Part shown: one piece after another, positions 11,899 to 26,179 of the stretch
How the letters are laid out: every line of letters begins with the position of its first letter
Position numbering within the stretch: position 1 is the first letter of the stretch
NCBI RefSeq assembly: GCF_009914755.1
Contig: NC_060938.1
Direction: 5' to 3' (one strand)
Length of the DNA: 64,000 bases
Source of the DNA: the human T2T-CHM13v2.0 reference genome, Homo sapiens
Notes under the pieces: model-generated
Database searches by the model: none
What the model was told of the DNA's origin: nothing
The model's input: only the letters and a program-made list of their open reading frames with translations
Program-made: the position numbers and the translations under genes

Positions 11899-14800
11899 GA
11901 CAAGGAAGAGCTGTCACCTTGCCTGATAAAATAATATTCTAAAGGGGAAAGTACATATTTATAACAACTGGCAAGCCTTATGACTTAAATGAACAGAGCT
12001 CTGCTCTATGGAAACACAGAACCAACAGTGCCAGGTATGAATAGGGAAAACTTCTTGGTAGTGGTGATACCTTATTAGAGTCTTGAAGAGGGCATATTTC
12101 CTGGTACAGAAAAGGGGGAACACTCAAGTAGAAGAGTAAAGCAGAAAATATATAACTCTCCATTTTCTCAGGAGGTCTAACTCATTACAGTTCCATTTAA
12201 CCCAATCAAAACCAATGCTCCCCTTTCCCTCACATCTTTACCGCATTCTTTTAAAGAAGCATACGCACAACTCTTTGAGCAAGAAATATCAGGCAACCGC
12301 TGCCATCTTAGCTAAAAAATCTTTTATGTTTGAGAACTTACCTGGAAGAGTCCTCTGGAGAGAGAATAAGAAGATGCTTTCAGTTGCACTTGGAGAGAAT
12401 GTGAGAATTAATCACCTGCTTGTTTGGGAAATAACAACTAGTTGTTTCTGGTTAAAGCAACACCAGTATTTGGATGAGTTGGAGCAACGTCAGAATGATT
12501 GGAAATTGCTCAAAGCTCACAATGGTACTTGAAGTAAAAGGATGAACCCCTTCAAGAACAATGCTAGGTTCTCCTTTGCTACATGGAGGGCAATGGCGCA
12601 TGATAGGCCAGGGAGAAAAGAATCACCAGATCCTTTGCCTACTTCTGCCAAATCTGTTGCAATGTTTCAGATAAATCACTTGAACTATCTGAGCTTTGAA
12701 GTGCTTCAGCTTCCACTCAATAAGAAAAATTGTTTGAACCTCTCTCATTCTGCTCACCATCTTACCCTTCTCCTTGAAGATCAGCTTAAAATAAAGTGAT
12801 TTGAAGCCCCAGGTGAAATGGGAGCCCTTTACTACCTCCTGCTAAAGGTGGTAAATGACTGTGCCCAACTTTGACCTCCTCTAGTTAGCAACATCATTCT
12901 AAACTTAGCCCAGACAGAAAAGGATGACAGCAAAGGTTTGAACACTTTTAAAGGCCTCTCCCTTTCCCCAGAGTTCTTATATATCTATGTATATGTGTAT
13001 AATATGTTTGAATATTTTATTATAATTATCCTCCTTAAGAAAAACAAATTTCTTGGATTTTCCCTATGACTTGGGCTTAAGAAGTCTCTTAACAGTTCCT
13101 CAGATGTAGTACCTGCGGAAGGGAAGGATTAGGTTAGTATATATTCAAAGTTTGTATAAAAAAGAGGGTAAACTAGTCATTTAAATGTAAACATATAAAC
13201 ACTTACTTTTTACTGTGTTGGCTTTGATATTCTTTAATTTCTTTGTTATATCAGCCCTTTTTTTATGTCATGTTGAAAATGTGCCTTCCTGGTTAAAAGG
13301 ATGGATATTTGGAAACAAGGCAGTTTGAATCACAGCACAACTATTTAATTTTAAAAGACACTTCTTTCTAACCTATATAATTCTTAATTGTTCTGGACAT
13401 GTAGGCTATTTCAGTGAAATTTAGAAAGCAAGGCCATTTCCTACAGCTAAGCCCTTTAATGATAATTATGACACCAACCCCCAAAGACATGGTTTCATGG
13501 CTAACAGATCACTCTCAGATTTTGTGGGGATAGAGTGTTGGTAGCAGGAAGCGGCAGAGGAATTCAACTCCTTCTTGAGCTTCTTGTGTTTTATAATCCT
13601 CCCTATTTCCCACCTGTTTTGTCTCAGAGGGGATAAGTCAATAGAGCTGCTGCTGTTCACAAAGCCATGCAGGTAAGAGACATGTACCCCTTGCTTCAAA
13701 GTCTTAGTAAACTTATAGAGAAAATATGATTTGATTGCCTAACAATATATTTATAATTTACATACCAAATAAGTGAAACGTAAGGAAAAAACTGCTTTGA
13801 GCTACCGAGAATGCTAGTTGATAGCAAACAAGGAAGGTGCTTTGGTAAGAAGGTTGTTTGCTTTGAGCTTCCATGGATGAGAAGAAATCAAGTAATCAAA
13901 GAGGAGGAAGAGGAGGAATAAAAACATAGTTGAGAATGGAACAGTCAGAGACATGTGGGCACTATCTTTTCAGATAGGAATTTTATCTTTCTTCCTTGTT
14001 CAACAGTTATTTCATACACGAATGAGAAAGGCCAAACATAGTCATGAACGTTTGCTTTTTTACCTTCTGCCTCTTCAGTTTTTCAAGAAACACTAAACTC
14101 GCACCTAGGAATATTTTGACAAGCTTAGAAACTTTTTCAAAAAATAACTCTTGTATATGGCAAGATGTTACTAAAATCAGATTTTTTTTTCCCATGGAGA
14201 CGATGACTGCAGAACTTTTCATTCACACCCTCAAACTCGTGCAGAGAGAAGCCAAGATCTTTCTTCTTCTGCACATTTTTGGCATCATTCAGTGGACTTG
14301 AAAGAAACACAGAAAATTCCATGGAGAAATATCTTAAACTCCAGCTCACCTCTTGGCTTCTTTCAGGAATGCTTATTTGACCTGAATTAAAATGATGACT
14401 TTTCATCTCTCAATCTGAAGCATAAATAAAGTAGGAATTTTGCATTAGGATTGTGTTTTTTAAATAATCATAAAACTCATATTCAAGTACTTCCTTGAGG
14501 CCTCTAAACTAACACATTTTGGATTGCTATAAAAATAGAATCAGCTTTCCTTTGCTAACATGGATAGGTATTTATATATCAATTTTATAGAGGACTGACT
14601 GTACTGTAACTTTGGAAACACCTTCTCTTTTTAATAATAAGAAATGTTGGCTAAGGGCTTGTCTTTCCTGGTTCTAGATTAGCTATGATAATACTCATCC
14701 CCTTATGCAGAAAAGCTGCTTTTAGACTTCTCATTGCTTCCCAGTTAATATAACATAGGGATTATTAAAGTCTCTGAGTATGCATTTCTAGATGTGTATA

Positions 14801-17494
14801 GCATTAGATGAAAATTCCTTAGGCCTTTGGAAATTCTTCCTTTCCCTTTTAGAGAAGAAGATATTATCCTGGCTATCATACATAGCAAGTTATATGCATA
14901 TAAGATAAGTTCCCTTTTGCCATGAAATCAATCTTCCAGTTACACCCTGGGTTTGTTCTTTCTTTTCTCATCTTGTTCCTTTGCTTTTCACTTCTCTAAT
15001 TTTACCCATCAAGTGATCATGCATCTGTTTTTCACCTTGCCCTACAAACCTCTCTTAGTTGCTTTATTCTCCTTCCCCAGTGCTTCTGTCACCATGGCTT
15101 CATATCTGGCCCCACCCCTACCCCATCCTATGCACTATTCAAAATCTTCATTCCCAGCCATCCACCAACTGTCAGCAGAAGAAAGTCCAACTCTCCAGCC
15201 TCTTTAGAAAGCAGACTTTATTCCCCACACTACATAATGCATAGTAGGGGCTCAGTGATACCAAATATGCAGATCACATAATTAAGTCCATAGCACTGCC
15301 TAAACATACATGGTATTTGAAGGAAATAAGTCCTGTCATGGATGTTGACTGAAAATTTCCCAGCATTTACAGCCTAGAATTTTTAATGGAAACATAAAGC
15401 CCCAAATTTGGAGATAAAGGAGCTACAGAAAACAGCAGATGTCCCAGAGCACACAAACCATGTGGCCAAGAGCAAAAGGGAACTCACAAGGAGGTGTCTG
15501 TATTACGAGAACTCGTGCCCAAATTCCTTTTCTGTGAGAAAACAGTACCATATAATCCTTTTGTCTCAGTAAAAAAAAAAAAAAGTGGTCCAAAGCAGAC
15601 AGAATGGAATATGCATTCTCCCTCCTTTACCCCTAAAACATTCTGTCTTGATCAATTTCATTTTTTTTTGTCAGGTGCACTAGATGTTATAAAAGCACTT
15701 AGCTTATTGCCTGGTACATAGTTATTTGAAAAACTTTGACCATGGAAAAGGCTGAAGAAAGCTAAGAGTATTCTATATAAGGTCTGGAATGTCAAGATAA
15801 GAAATTTGCATTGATCTAACAGGTAATAAGAAGCTCCATACCATATTCTTTTTACCTGTATGTAAAAATCAAGAGGAGTTAATACGAGTAGTATTTTATT
15901 ACCAAAATAGAAGTTGCATCTGGCTCAGACTCAGCCTCTGATTCCTCAGGAGGTTTTTCCCACCCCTTTCCCTATTCCTGCTTTCCAGCTGATTTGACCG
16001 AAGGACAGAAGGATTAAGAAATCAAGTAGCTTATCTGAGAGGTTCCCCATGGGGCGCTTTGTCCCAGGTGTTCCTGCTTGGAGCTTACATAATCAGGGGC
16101 TTTCTGCATGCTGAGGGTATTATTGTAAAGGTGATTGTTTAAGTCAGTGGGTGACGGTGTCAGGATAATTATAGCCAGGAGATATATGATCATAAAGACC
16201 TAGTTAGTATCCCAGGAGACCCCAAGACAGGGCTTCTGCCCATACTTTTGCAATCACACATTCTGAAGTAAGGTGGCACCATTTACCAAGTAGGAACAAA
16301 AGTGAATGATTAGGGAGAACTGTTTGTTCCAGTGCTCTGGGGACAAAAAAAAAATCCATGTTAATCTTTTCTAAAGTGTCCACTTTTGTTATGTTTATAT
16401 TTTTGTTGAGGTTCTTTGTTCACTTGCAACTAAACCAACACGTAGAACTGAATGTGATTTCTACTGATCTAGAAAAAAATAAAGTTATTATTAAAAAGGA
16501 AATCTAAAGGATGATAAATTAGCTGCATATTTTTCTGTTCATCTATTGTTTTCTATTTTCTCTATCTTAAGGTTGTTTATAATAGACAGTTCTACATCAA
16601 ACTTGAGATGAAATTAAAGTTGTGAAAGATTTATGATGTGTGTTCCAGTTATGGCCACCAGTTCTAATATGCAGGGAACACGTTTGAAACGGGATCACAG
16701 TTGACTATTAGGATACAGGACTATTCTTTTCAGCAGAACTAAAGAGAAGATCAGAGACCTCTCTATTTTTTCTCTCCCTGCCTCTTCTTTTGTAATCACA
16801 TGATTAATACATGCTATTGAAAAAGGTTTCAAAATGTAATGAAGAATATCAAGAAAAACATAGAAGTCCTTTCTGACTATCTGCAACCTTAGTCGCCTCT
16901 CAAGTGGGAACCACTGTTAACATTTCAATGTGCAGATGTCAAAAACCATTTGCTCTGACTTTACAAACAGGAACGTGCATGCACACACACACACACCCTT
17001 GCCCTAAAAGTTTTAGTTTTAATAAATGGTGTATACAGTCAACATATGTCCTGGATATCTCTCCCTGTCTGTACTTGTAGAAATATGTAAGTTCCATTTA
17101 AATTCAAAGTCAAATACAATTTGAAGTTTTGCTGAAGCTTCTTTCTCAATACATGCTTCTAGATTGTAGTGAATAAGTGACTGAAATCAGCTAGCCAGTT
17201 TCTACCACAACATGATAGCTTGGTTTTATGGCTAAATGAGCCCCAGGAAGGAGTGTGAGAAACTCCCACCTTGCTCCATTGTTCATGAAGGACTTGCATG
17301 GTGAGAGACCCTTGGGTCTCCTTTCATCCCAGTTTTATAGTAAAAAGATCAAAGATCTTCCCCAAAGTCTCTGCCCAACTGGGTCCCCACCCTGTTACCT
17401 TCTGAGGAGTCTAACCCTGAGTACTGCTGGGCTTTGCAGATCCTAGAGTTGCGGGTTATGAGTGTGTCCAGAGAACCAGAGTATGTCATCTGGA

Positions 17495-18075
17495 TTCACT
17501 CACTCATTCACACATTCATTTATTCATACTCAACAAATATTTATACCATTATTCATAGGGCAGACAGTGAACATTAAAAATGTGAAACAATAACATACAG
17601 TCCATTCATTGTCAAAGGATACTACAGATCAAGGAAAGAGGCAACTTCAAGAAAGTATGATTAGTACATTGACCAGCCAAATGTAGAAGCTTCTGTGTCA
17701 GACTTGACGGGGTGAGGGAAAGCTTCCTGGACAAGAAGACATCTAATTGGAATATGGAAGGATGCTTAGAATCTAGCCAGGTGTGGGGACTTAAAGGGTA
17801 AAGCAAGTGCTACCCAGAAAACGTAAGTAAGGCAGATCTCTTTGGCCTGAAGTCCTCATCAAGGAGTTTAAGCTTTATTCTGAGAGTCATGGGAAACAAC
17901 TGAGAAATTTTAAGAAGCAAAGGGACCTGATCTGTAAGATTTATACAATGGAGAACAATATGGAAAAGGAAAAAGACACCATTAGGATGCTGCTGCGGAT
18001 GCTGGGGTGAGTGATGTTGATGGCTTTAACTAAGGGAATGGCCCTGGGACCAAAGAAGTGTGCATGTTTTCAAAA
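17495..18075 (-). mobile_element. L2 LINE fragment including 3' end
   Basis: (ttca)-like tail cattcatttattcatactcaacaaatatttat; agggaaagcttcctgga; aaggagtttaagctttattctgag. Confidence 0.75.
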
Positions 18076-19431
18076 GTCATTTCTTGCTTTCTGCGAGCGA
18101 GCCTACTAAACTGCCTAAGCACACCGGTTAAGTGTGGCAACTTTGAGAAACAGCATAAACCATGGGTGACATTGCAAAACTGAAAGCACTTGGTGCAGAG
18201 GTTAGATAAATATCTGTTTCTAGGGGGATATACATGTGTGCATTCATTGTTTTGTTTTCAAGAGACAATTGTGCCTGAGGCTGGAGCTTGCTCACCCTAT
18301 CTTTTGGACTCAAGAGTATGGGGCCTGGTCTATTTTCTACATGACCGGGCTTTAGTTCAGAACTGACGAGTCATATATCATTCTGATTGACTTTTTTTTC
18401 TTTTTTCTTTTTTTCCCCTCTCAAATAAAGGGGTTGCAGGGGTGAGATAGAGATTGCTATGAACCATCAGGGCAACTCAACCCAAATATGCATTTATCAG
18501 GAGCCCCCTAAGTCAAGCTCTCCTGTCCTCACTTGGTTTGTCTACTCAGAGCTGAGATAAAGAAATAAAGGGTTAAATGAGGTCAGTTAGTGGGTAAAGG
18601 ACAGAGAAAATAGATGAACAGCCCAGCTTGGACTGCTCTGATCTCTGCCGGGGAGAAATGGTTAGAAGGGGACATGGCAGAGTTACAGGATTACCAATCA
18701 GTGTCCTAAGCAGTGGGGTAGAGCTAACCCCTGAATTGCCTACCGTGGCTTACCTTGCTTCTGAATTCTTGGGTTTGGTTTCATCTGTATCCTCTGTTTT
18801 AGCCTTCTTTTTAGTGCCACTCCAAAGGCAAGGACCACAAAGCATAAGCATCCATTTTTATTAAAGCAGAAAGGTGAAGACTTAAAATGTGCTTCTGTAT
18901 GTGTGCATTTTTAAAGCAACCCTTTGTAAGAATGAGTGGATTTAGCAAAGTAGATGCGATTGAATCACAATGGAATACATGCCTCTTACTCGGTCTAAAG
19001 TCCCTTGGTTCTGCAAAGTTTTTTATTCTCTTTTCAAACCTTATGCAATTGTGACTTCATCTAAATTATTGATACAGTTCTAAGGGATTAGTATCTTCTG
19101 ACGGCAGTCTGTTCAATATATTTGTATTTTTTACCCTTGAAGGAATATGGGACTGTTAGGGTTTTAAGAGAAGTCTGAGTTTTTGTTTGTTTGTTTGTTT
19201 TGTTTTGAATGACAGTAAATATCCATTAAAAAGCTGTAGATTTGCAGCCTTGATGATTAGCTCTCTCTTAGACTCCAGCAAGCCTTACTGAATTTCCTCT
19301 GGAGATCAAGTATTGAGGGGCAAAATACTGGGGTAGAGTTGAAAGCAATAGAGAAGATTTGTTGACAATATCGATGATTAAAAAAATGAGCCTTTTTAAA
19401 CAAGAAATTCCTGCTCATACATTTGGCTTCT

Positions 19432-19512
<81 letters not shown>
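19432..19512. repeat. Compound microsatellite (GA)n-(AG)17-(TG)18
   Basis: Read directly: (AG)17 at 19443-19476 abuts (TG)18 at 19477-19512. Confidence 0.99.
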
Positions 19513-19515
<3 letters not shown>

Positions 19516-19970
19516 TGGGGAAAAATATCAATGCATCAAAATGGACAGGTCATTTTGTTGAATGTAACTGAACTCCTAAGCATTCAGAGATTAGGAGTAT
19601 TCATAATTTCTGACTGGCATGCATTATGCTAATGTGGCTGTCCTCTGTTGTATGCTTCTGCTGAGACAGCCACTTTACTCCTGCTTAATTTTCTCCCTAA
19701 TGGTAGCAGTAGGGACTTGGGTATCTACAGTGAGCTTTTACCAATTTAACTTGCTGCCGCTATAGGCCGTTATAAATTATTATTCTTATTTAGCACTTGA
19801 ATCTATAATTTCTTTCTTTCCCTCATGTTCTATAAAATATAGACTTAGACCTAAGTTAGCTATGCTTTTCCCTTCTTATAAATCTAAATCTTTCATTTGC
19901 AACGAGCTAAAGTTTTGGATGCTCAACAACTGTAACCCCTGCTTGGCAGACTAGAGAGTTATCAAGGAAC

Positions 19971-20130
19971 TTCATTCATTCATTCATTCATTCACACGTG
20001 CTTGCCTTCATACATTTATTCATCTCTGAATGCAATAACATATTTACAGAGCACCTACTATTTTTTTTTTTACCAGGCAATGCTTTAGGTGTTGAAGATA
20101 AAACAGTTAACAATATCGATTTGTGGGAAG
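19971..20130 (-). mobile_element. L2 3' end with (TTCA)6 tail
   Basis: (ttca)6 at 19971-19994, then acatatttacagagcacctacta...ccaggcaatgctttagg. Confidence 0.75.
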
Positions 20131-20580
20131 AAGTACTACCTATAATGTCTAGAAAATACATGTGATTTGAAGAAAAATAGCTTCTCCATACTGATATTCT
20201 CAAAGTAGTTTTTCTCCCTAATTATCTGTACACCTCCACTGGAATTCTTGTGAAGGTTACTTTGCCTTCTGGATTTTGAAAAGTTGTCTTTGATTTTATT
20301 ACTTTCTCCCTAATGTCCTAGGGAAAATATTTCCTTCCTTCCTACTGATTATTGTTTTAGAATTTGAAAATTACTGGAAACCTATATATGAGTATTTTGT
20401 TATAAAAATTCATGTGCATTTGAACAAGCACAAGAGTACTTCCTATGCTGGATGCTAGATTCTAGAAAATTTTAAAAATTTTTTACCAGTCTCCCAGTTG
20501 TGATATTCCCAGTTAGTTAATTGCTTTTTCTGTCTCTTTCTGTTTCTTCCTGAGGCCCCTCCTCCTTCCCTGCCTCTCTC

Positions 20581-20908
<328 letters not shown>

Positions 20909-20979
20909 TCCGCCTCTCTTTTTTTTAATGAGCAATCATAAGTTATTATCAACTAGCATGCAGGTAATAATTTTCTTAT

Positions 20980-21160
20980 CTTGTTACTTGTGTTCCACCA
21001 CTAATAACTATGAGATTGCAGGCAGTTTTTAACTTCTCTGAGCCATGGCTCCTTCCCTGTAGAATTATGCAGTACTTCTTGTGAAAATTGAGATAATGTG
21101 TAAAAATAAAAAAAAAAACTACTAGCACTATATCAGCCACCATACTTGGCTCTCACCAGC
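20980..21160 (+). mobile_element. MIR SINE
   Basis: ccaccactaataactatgag...aacttctctgagcc...gtgaaaattgagataatgtgtaaa. Confidence 0.6.
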
Positions 21161-21939
21161 ATTCTCTGTGACCCAATCGCCAGAGCTCTGATACTTATTC
21201 CAGACTCCTGGCACCATGTTTCTATTGCTGCTGCCCATATTCCCCTCCCCCAACAGATCCCAATCACCCTTCTTGCTTGAGCCTATTGCTCAAGCTTTCT
21301 GTTTTGCCTTTCATACCTGTCAGTTCTAAATCTTTTCCAGGTATTCTTGATCTCTCATGTCGACCCCATTCTGCCACTGACAAATCTAGTTCTGAGAGTG
21401 TGCTTCAGAGAAATTTAGATTTTTGAGATAATTTTGATATATAGTAATGAGAATCTCAGCCTTATGGCAGCCTTTATGCTTTCAGCCAAGGTGGAATCCT
21501 GGCCAAAATGATTTTTTTTTTTTTTTTACTTTCTGCCATGGTGCCTGGAATTTCTTCAATATAGACTCATTTCTTAGCTCTTCAAAGGCTTCCAGGTTTT
21601 TAGATTTTCCTTCTAAGCCTCAAATCCTGTTGGTCATCACCCTAAATAATCTATCACTTATCACCTGCAACAGGCTCAACTGAGATAGGTCTTGTAGAAA
21701 TGAAGCATAGCCTGAAGTTGAGAACAGAAGAAACAGGAGGAGAAAAAGCACCAGAAGCAAATTTATTCTCATATCCCAGTTTTGAGAAAAGCTAGCCTAC
21801 TGTAACCCTAGGAGTTTGGCGGCTGCTAATATCTAAAAATGCGCTGGCTCTGTAGCTTGGAAGAAAAAGAGGAACAGCCATTCTCTTTCTGCTTTCCAAG
21901 GGTAAGCATGGCCAACCTAGTATCCTGCTGTGCACCATG

Positions 21940-22075
21940 AAGCATCATCAGGTGCAGATTAGGAAATGAATTTACATTAAGTTTCAAGAAAGAATTTCTG
22001 ACAATGTAAGCTGAATTGACAAGAACAAAGTTCTGAAGGAAGAGGCCAAACCATTACTGAATGGGTGATTTGTGG
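21940..22075 (+). mobile_element. Possible L3/CR1 fragment
   Basis: aagaaagaatttctgacaatgtaagctg resembles the L3 3' motif aggaagaactttctaacaattagagctg. Confidence 0.35.
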
Positions 22076-23249
22076 CTGAACTGGATGAACAGATAGCATT
22101 CCATGGCTAGAATTTGTGTCACTGGTTCATTCTGTGTTTCCTCTTATTTTCCAAATTGCATTCAATCGATATGGCAGAAATGAATACCCCTATATACAAT
22201 TATTTCAATATATCTTATATAAGTTTAGAAGGTGAAGCCTGTATATATTTTTCATGTAAATGTAGTATTCCCCTGCAACTCAGTGCAATAACTACCCACA
22301 GTGCTGATACATAGGACTCTCTCAATTTGTCCCCCATGTCAGAAATGCTGTGCAAAATCCCCATAGCTGACTGCAAAACCTGCCCTGAAGATCAAATAAA
22401 TGATATACATACGAATTCCTAATAAGTGCTCAGCAGGTTGTTTGGGCTTATATTAGTCTCCTACAGCTGCCTCTCAGGAAGGGATACCCCAACAAAGTGT
22501 TTGTTAATGCTTGCCACCTTTAGAGAAGTCTCCTGGGATGCTGCCTAAACCTACACTGTAAGCAAAGTGGAATAACAAGCCCTTTGAAAAGTCACTTGGG
22601 AAGATGACAACCCATAATGGTCACTTTGGCTAGGATTTAAAATGCTTTATTATTGTCGAATTAAAGCACCCTGGCCATATTGCTCTGGATATACCCCGTC
22701 TTAGCCAATCTCAGGTTTACAATACAAGAACAATCTCAATCTGATTTGCTTAATGAAAATGTATCCCTCTACTTTAAAACAGGGAGATACCCCAGTTCCT
22801 TAAAAATATATGTTTTATTGCATATGCTTTAAAAAACCTATTTACTTAGCAGTTTCATTTTGTTTGCAGCCTCATTGCATTTTCTTCTCTAATTAGCAGA
22901 TACATGCATCATCTCTTGGAGATAAAGCAAATATTTTTCTTTTCCTCATTGGGTAGTTTCCCAGGAAAGAAGCTCACGGCCTCACTCTGGCTCCGGGTTT
23001 GCTGTGTGCTTTCCCACACATTCTCACCCTACCACACTTTTCCTGTAATGTTGCTGAGTTCGGCTAATTTAGATCCTTTCTCTAATTTAAGTTGCTTTCA
23101 TTTAACTTGGCTTGAGAGTGTCTGATACTTACACTCACAAACAAAACTATAGAGTTTTAGAACTCAGAGCAGTGCTTCCCATTGAGATTTCTGGATGCCA
23201 CAATGGTGCCTGCAAGAGGAAACTCATCGGAGTGCTTTCATCAGCAAGG

Positions 23250-23660
23250 AACTGGAATTCCTGACCAGTGATAAGACAAGATGACTGTGGCAGCTTCAGA
23301 TATATTTACAATTTGACATTCAAAGGCCAAAGGGGAAAAAAGATTTTTCCCCTGTATCTCACTATTTTTCAGGGAGGAAATTTTTCAGACGCTTCCTATC
23401 CCACCCAACCTCCAGTAGAGTTCTCCTTAGGTCTCATTGGTTAAAATTGGATACATAGTCACCCTTTAATCAATCGATTGCACAGGAAAATTGAATTTCC
23501 ATGATGACTATAGCCTAATCATGATGCATGTCCTGGGGCTGACCCATTTTCCTGAGCACAGAATTTGTTCAGTGTAACCAGTTTCTGAGCTAAAGGAAAA
23601 TTCACTTAACAGGTAGAGAAGAATAGATGTGAGTAGGCAACCATACAATAGTGTTTGTTT
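23250..23660 (-). mobile_element. MaLR LTR, MLT1J/K-like
   Basis: acaagatgactgtggcagcttcag; aggtctcattggttaaaattggatacatagtcaccctttaatcaatc; agatgtgagtaggcaacc. Confidence 0.65.
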
Positions 23661-23869
23661 TGAGGACAATTATGAGTAGGTTTTTTAGATACATTGTATG
23701 TCACTTGCAAGTGTATAAGCAGAGTTTGCTATTTTTTTGAGATATTTTTTGAGTAACTGTCATTTCTTTGTGAGATTTAATTCTAGACCCTAATTCTCTC
23801 ACTGCACAGAGAGGGAGAGGCATGGGCAAATATATGGGATTCCTGAGGGAAAATGTAGGCAGAGGGGTG

Positions 23870-23996
23870 TAGGGTGGCCATACAATTTATAACTTAAAGC
23901 AAGACACTTCTGAGAGTCAAAAGGAGAGCTGCGAATAACTCTACCAAGTCAACAGGTATAAATTATCCTAGACAAACTAAACTGTATGGTAAAGTC
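23870..23996 (+). mobile_element. MER81 (hAT-Blackjack) DNA transposon
   Basis: tagggtggccatacaatttat...gacacttctgagagtcaaaagg...caacaggtataaa...gtatggt follows the MER81 consensus. Confidence 0.75.
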
Positions 23997-26179
23997 AGAT
24001 TTATATAAGGGAGTATATTTTTAAAATGTTATGGGGAAGCTAAAGCTAATTTTTTAAAGTTTTTGTAGGTGGAGAAAATGCCACCTTTATTTAGGATCAT
24101 AAAAAATTCCAAATTTATATGAAACTTTTTCATGTATAATTTTGTTTAAATCCTAAGTCTTATGAGACATGAGACATTGACTGTAATAAAAAGTGCAAAA
24201 ACCTCTCAGATCTTATAGGTATTCTATGATAAATTTGGAAAGTGTAATATTAGCATCTATAAAATCAAAATATTGCCTGTTGGTTTCTGTTCACTGGAAA
24301 ATTATAAATGTTGATCATTTTGTTTTACACAATGCCTGTGCCAAGTCTTCCTATTGTCTTCCTCAAGGCCTCTAACTTGCCAGGTTTTAGCTATCAGTGA
24401 TATTAGTAAGAATCTTTTTGGTCTTGGCCGTGATGGAAGTCTGAAAAACAGCATTTGGCAAGGGAATGACCCAAACAGAATAATTTTCTATAGACAAAAT
24501 GTGTTTAAGTTAATGAATGAAAGATGTGAATGCTCATGCTAGGAGAAGGGGAAAAGCATTGGTATTTCCCTTAAAGAGACCATACCAGGGTATTTTATTT
24601 CCTGTAAGTGGTTTAATTTTGTACATTGCTTCTCTGCTCACAGAATGTTCTCTGTCTGTCATAATAAAGGAGAGCCTTTTCATTGAAATAGACCTCTGAA
24701 TCTGTTTTAGCGACTGCAGTGACAGTCTGTATGTATCTGAAAGAATGAGAGGCATAAGACACCTACACATGTTCACATCTAGGGTAGTATTTTCAAAAAA
24801 TGGAGTTACTTTGAATCCCTGATCATCTCTTTCTTTTACTCAATTTCAAGTTAATATCTAATGTAAAACTTTTATAAATAGCAAAGAGACTTATACTTCT
24901 CTAGCTTTGCAATATTTAGTCTTGCTTTTTCTTGTTGGCACGGTGTGCCCTTTACCAAATGATCCATCCAGGTGATTGATACTAAAACATCTCATTGATT
25001 TCAAGTTTATGTGTCTAGATATTAGATCCTAGAAATGAGTTGTTAATAAATATCAGCTTTACATCAAGAGTTTAACAGAAACATATTCCTGAACAAATTT
25101 CCATTGCCTTCTAAAAGGGTTATTTCTTGGTCCGCAGAGCTGCTAATCTGTAGGTTGCATTCAGTCTAGGCTATCAGAATAGGTCACCCCATGGGACTTG
25201 ATGATAGTATTGTCACTTAGATGGCAAACAAGGCATGAAATACCTTTTCATAGAACTAAACACCCTCAAATGGGGACATGAAACCCTGTACCTCTGGGCA
25301 CAGTCAAAAGTTGCTGTATTAAGTCATGTGTTTCCGGTACTTCTGGGCTCATTAACCCACAGGTTGTTTCTTGCTCCCAGGGATCATTCTTTTTGGTCCA
25401 AAACTAAATAAAAAAAATAGATAGATCTTATGGATTGATGTGAATGTTGAAACAGAAGCTCTACTACTAAAATAGTGGTTCATAATTAATAATCCCTTGA
25501 TCTTTACTTTGTTTTTTTCCTAAGGGGCAGATAAGAAAGCAAGTACAAAGCAAACTTAACACTTTGGCAGAATGTAATGTATCTGACTTTCTAAAATTCT
25601 GTATGCCAGAATAACTGGCTGTTTCCCATTCCTTGCTCTTGATATACAGCCAACAGCCTAGCCAGGAGCCATGTCGAAAAGGAGGGGAGGCACTCAGGGC
25701 AGTGGTTTTTCATGGCCTCATTCTTTATAGTACAATAGTTAGTGTCCCACTATTGTACTTGTGGAATGACTCTGAAATTGTCACACCATTTATGTGTAAG
25801 AATTGCTACTTCTCTTTATTTCTCCAATTCAAGCTTAAGTTTTCCTGAAGTTTCCCCACCTTCTGGAGTGGCAGGAAATTTAGCAATTTCCTTTTCTCAT
25901 AATGGAGCTATATATGGTTCCCCAGCTAGCCACGACAGAAAAACGTCGGGATGAGGATGGTTCTTCAGTCATGGTGGAGACATATTTTCTGTGGGTCTTT
26001 TGGCTGTAGTGCTTTGGGCCATGCCCTGTGTTGTCTGTTTGAAGTACTCCCACTCCAGGTGTGTTCAGTGATGTGTGGTCAGCAACGCTCCCTCTGACCA
26101 CGAGACAGCTTCTGCAAACATCTTCTCCATCCTGTGTGCGGCATGAAGCCAGAGCACTGGACTGTGCTACCTTGATATT

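Noticed and set aside
26066-26102. gtgatg...ctga with an 8-bp stem, as a possible C/D snoRNA
   Set aside because: Box C is imperfect, the C-D distance is far too short, and the stem overlaps the D box
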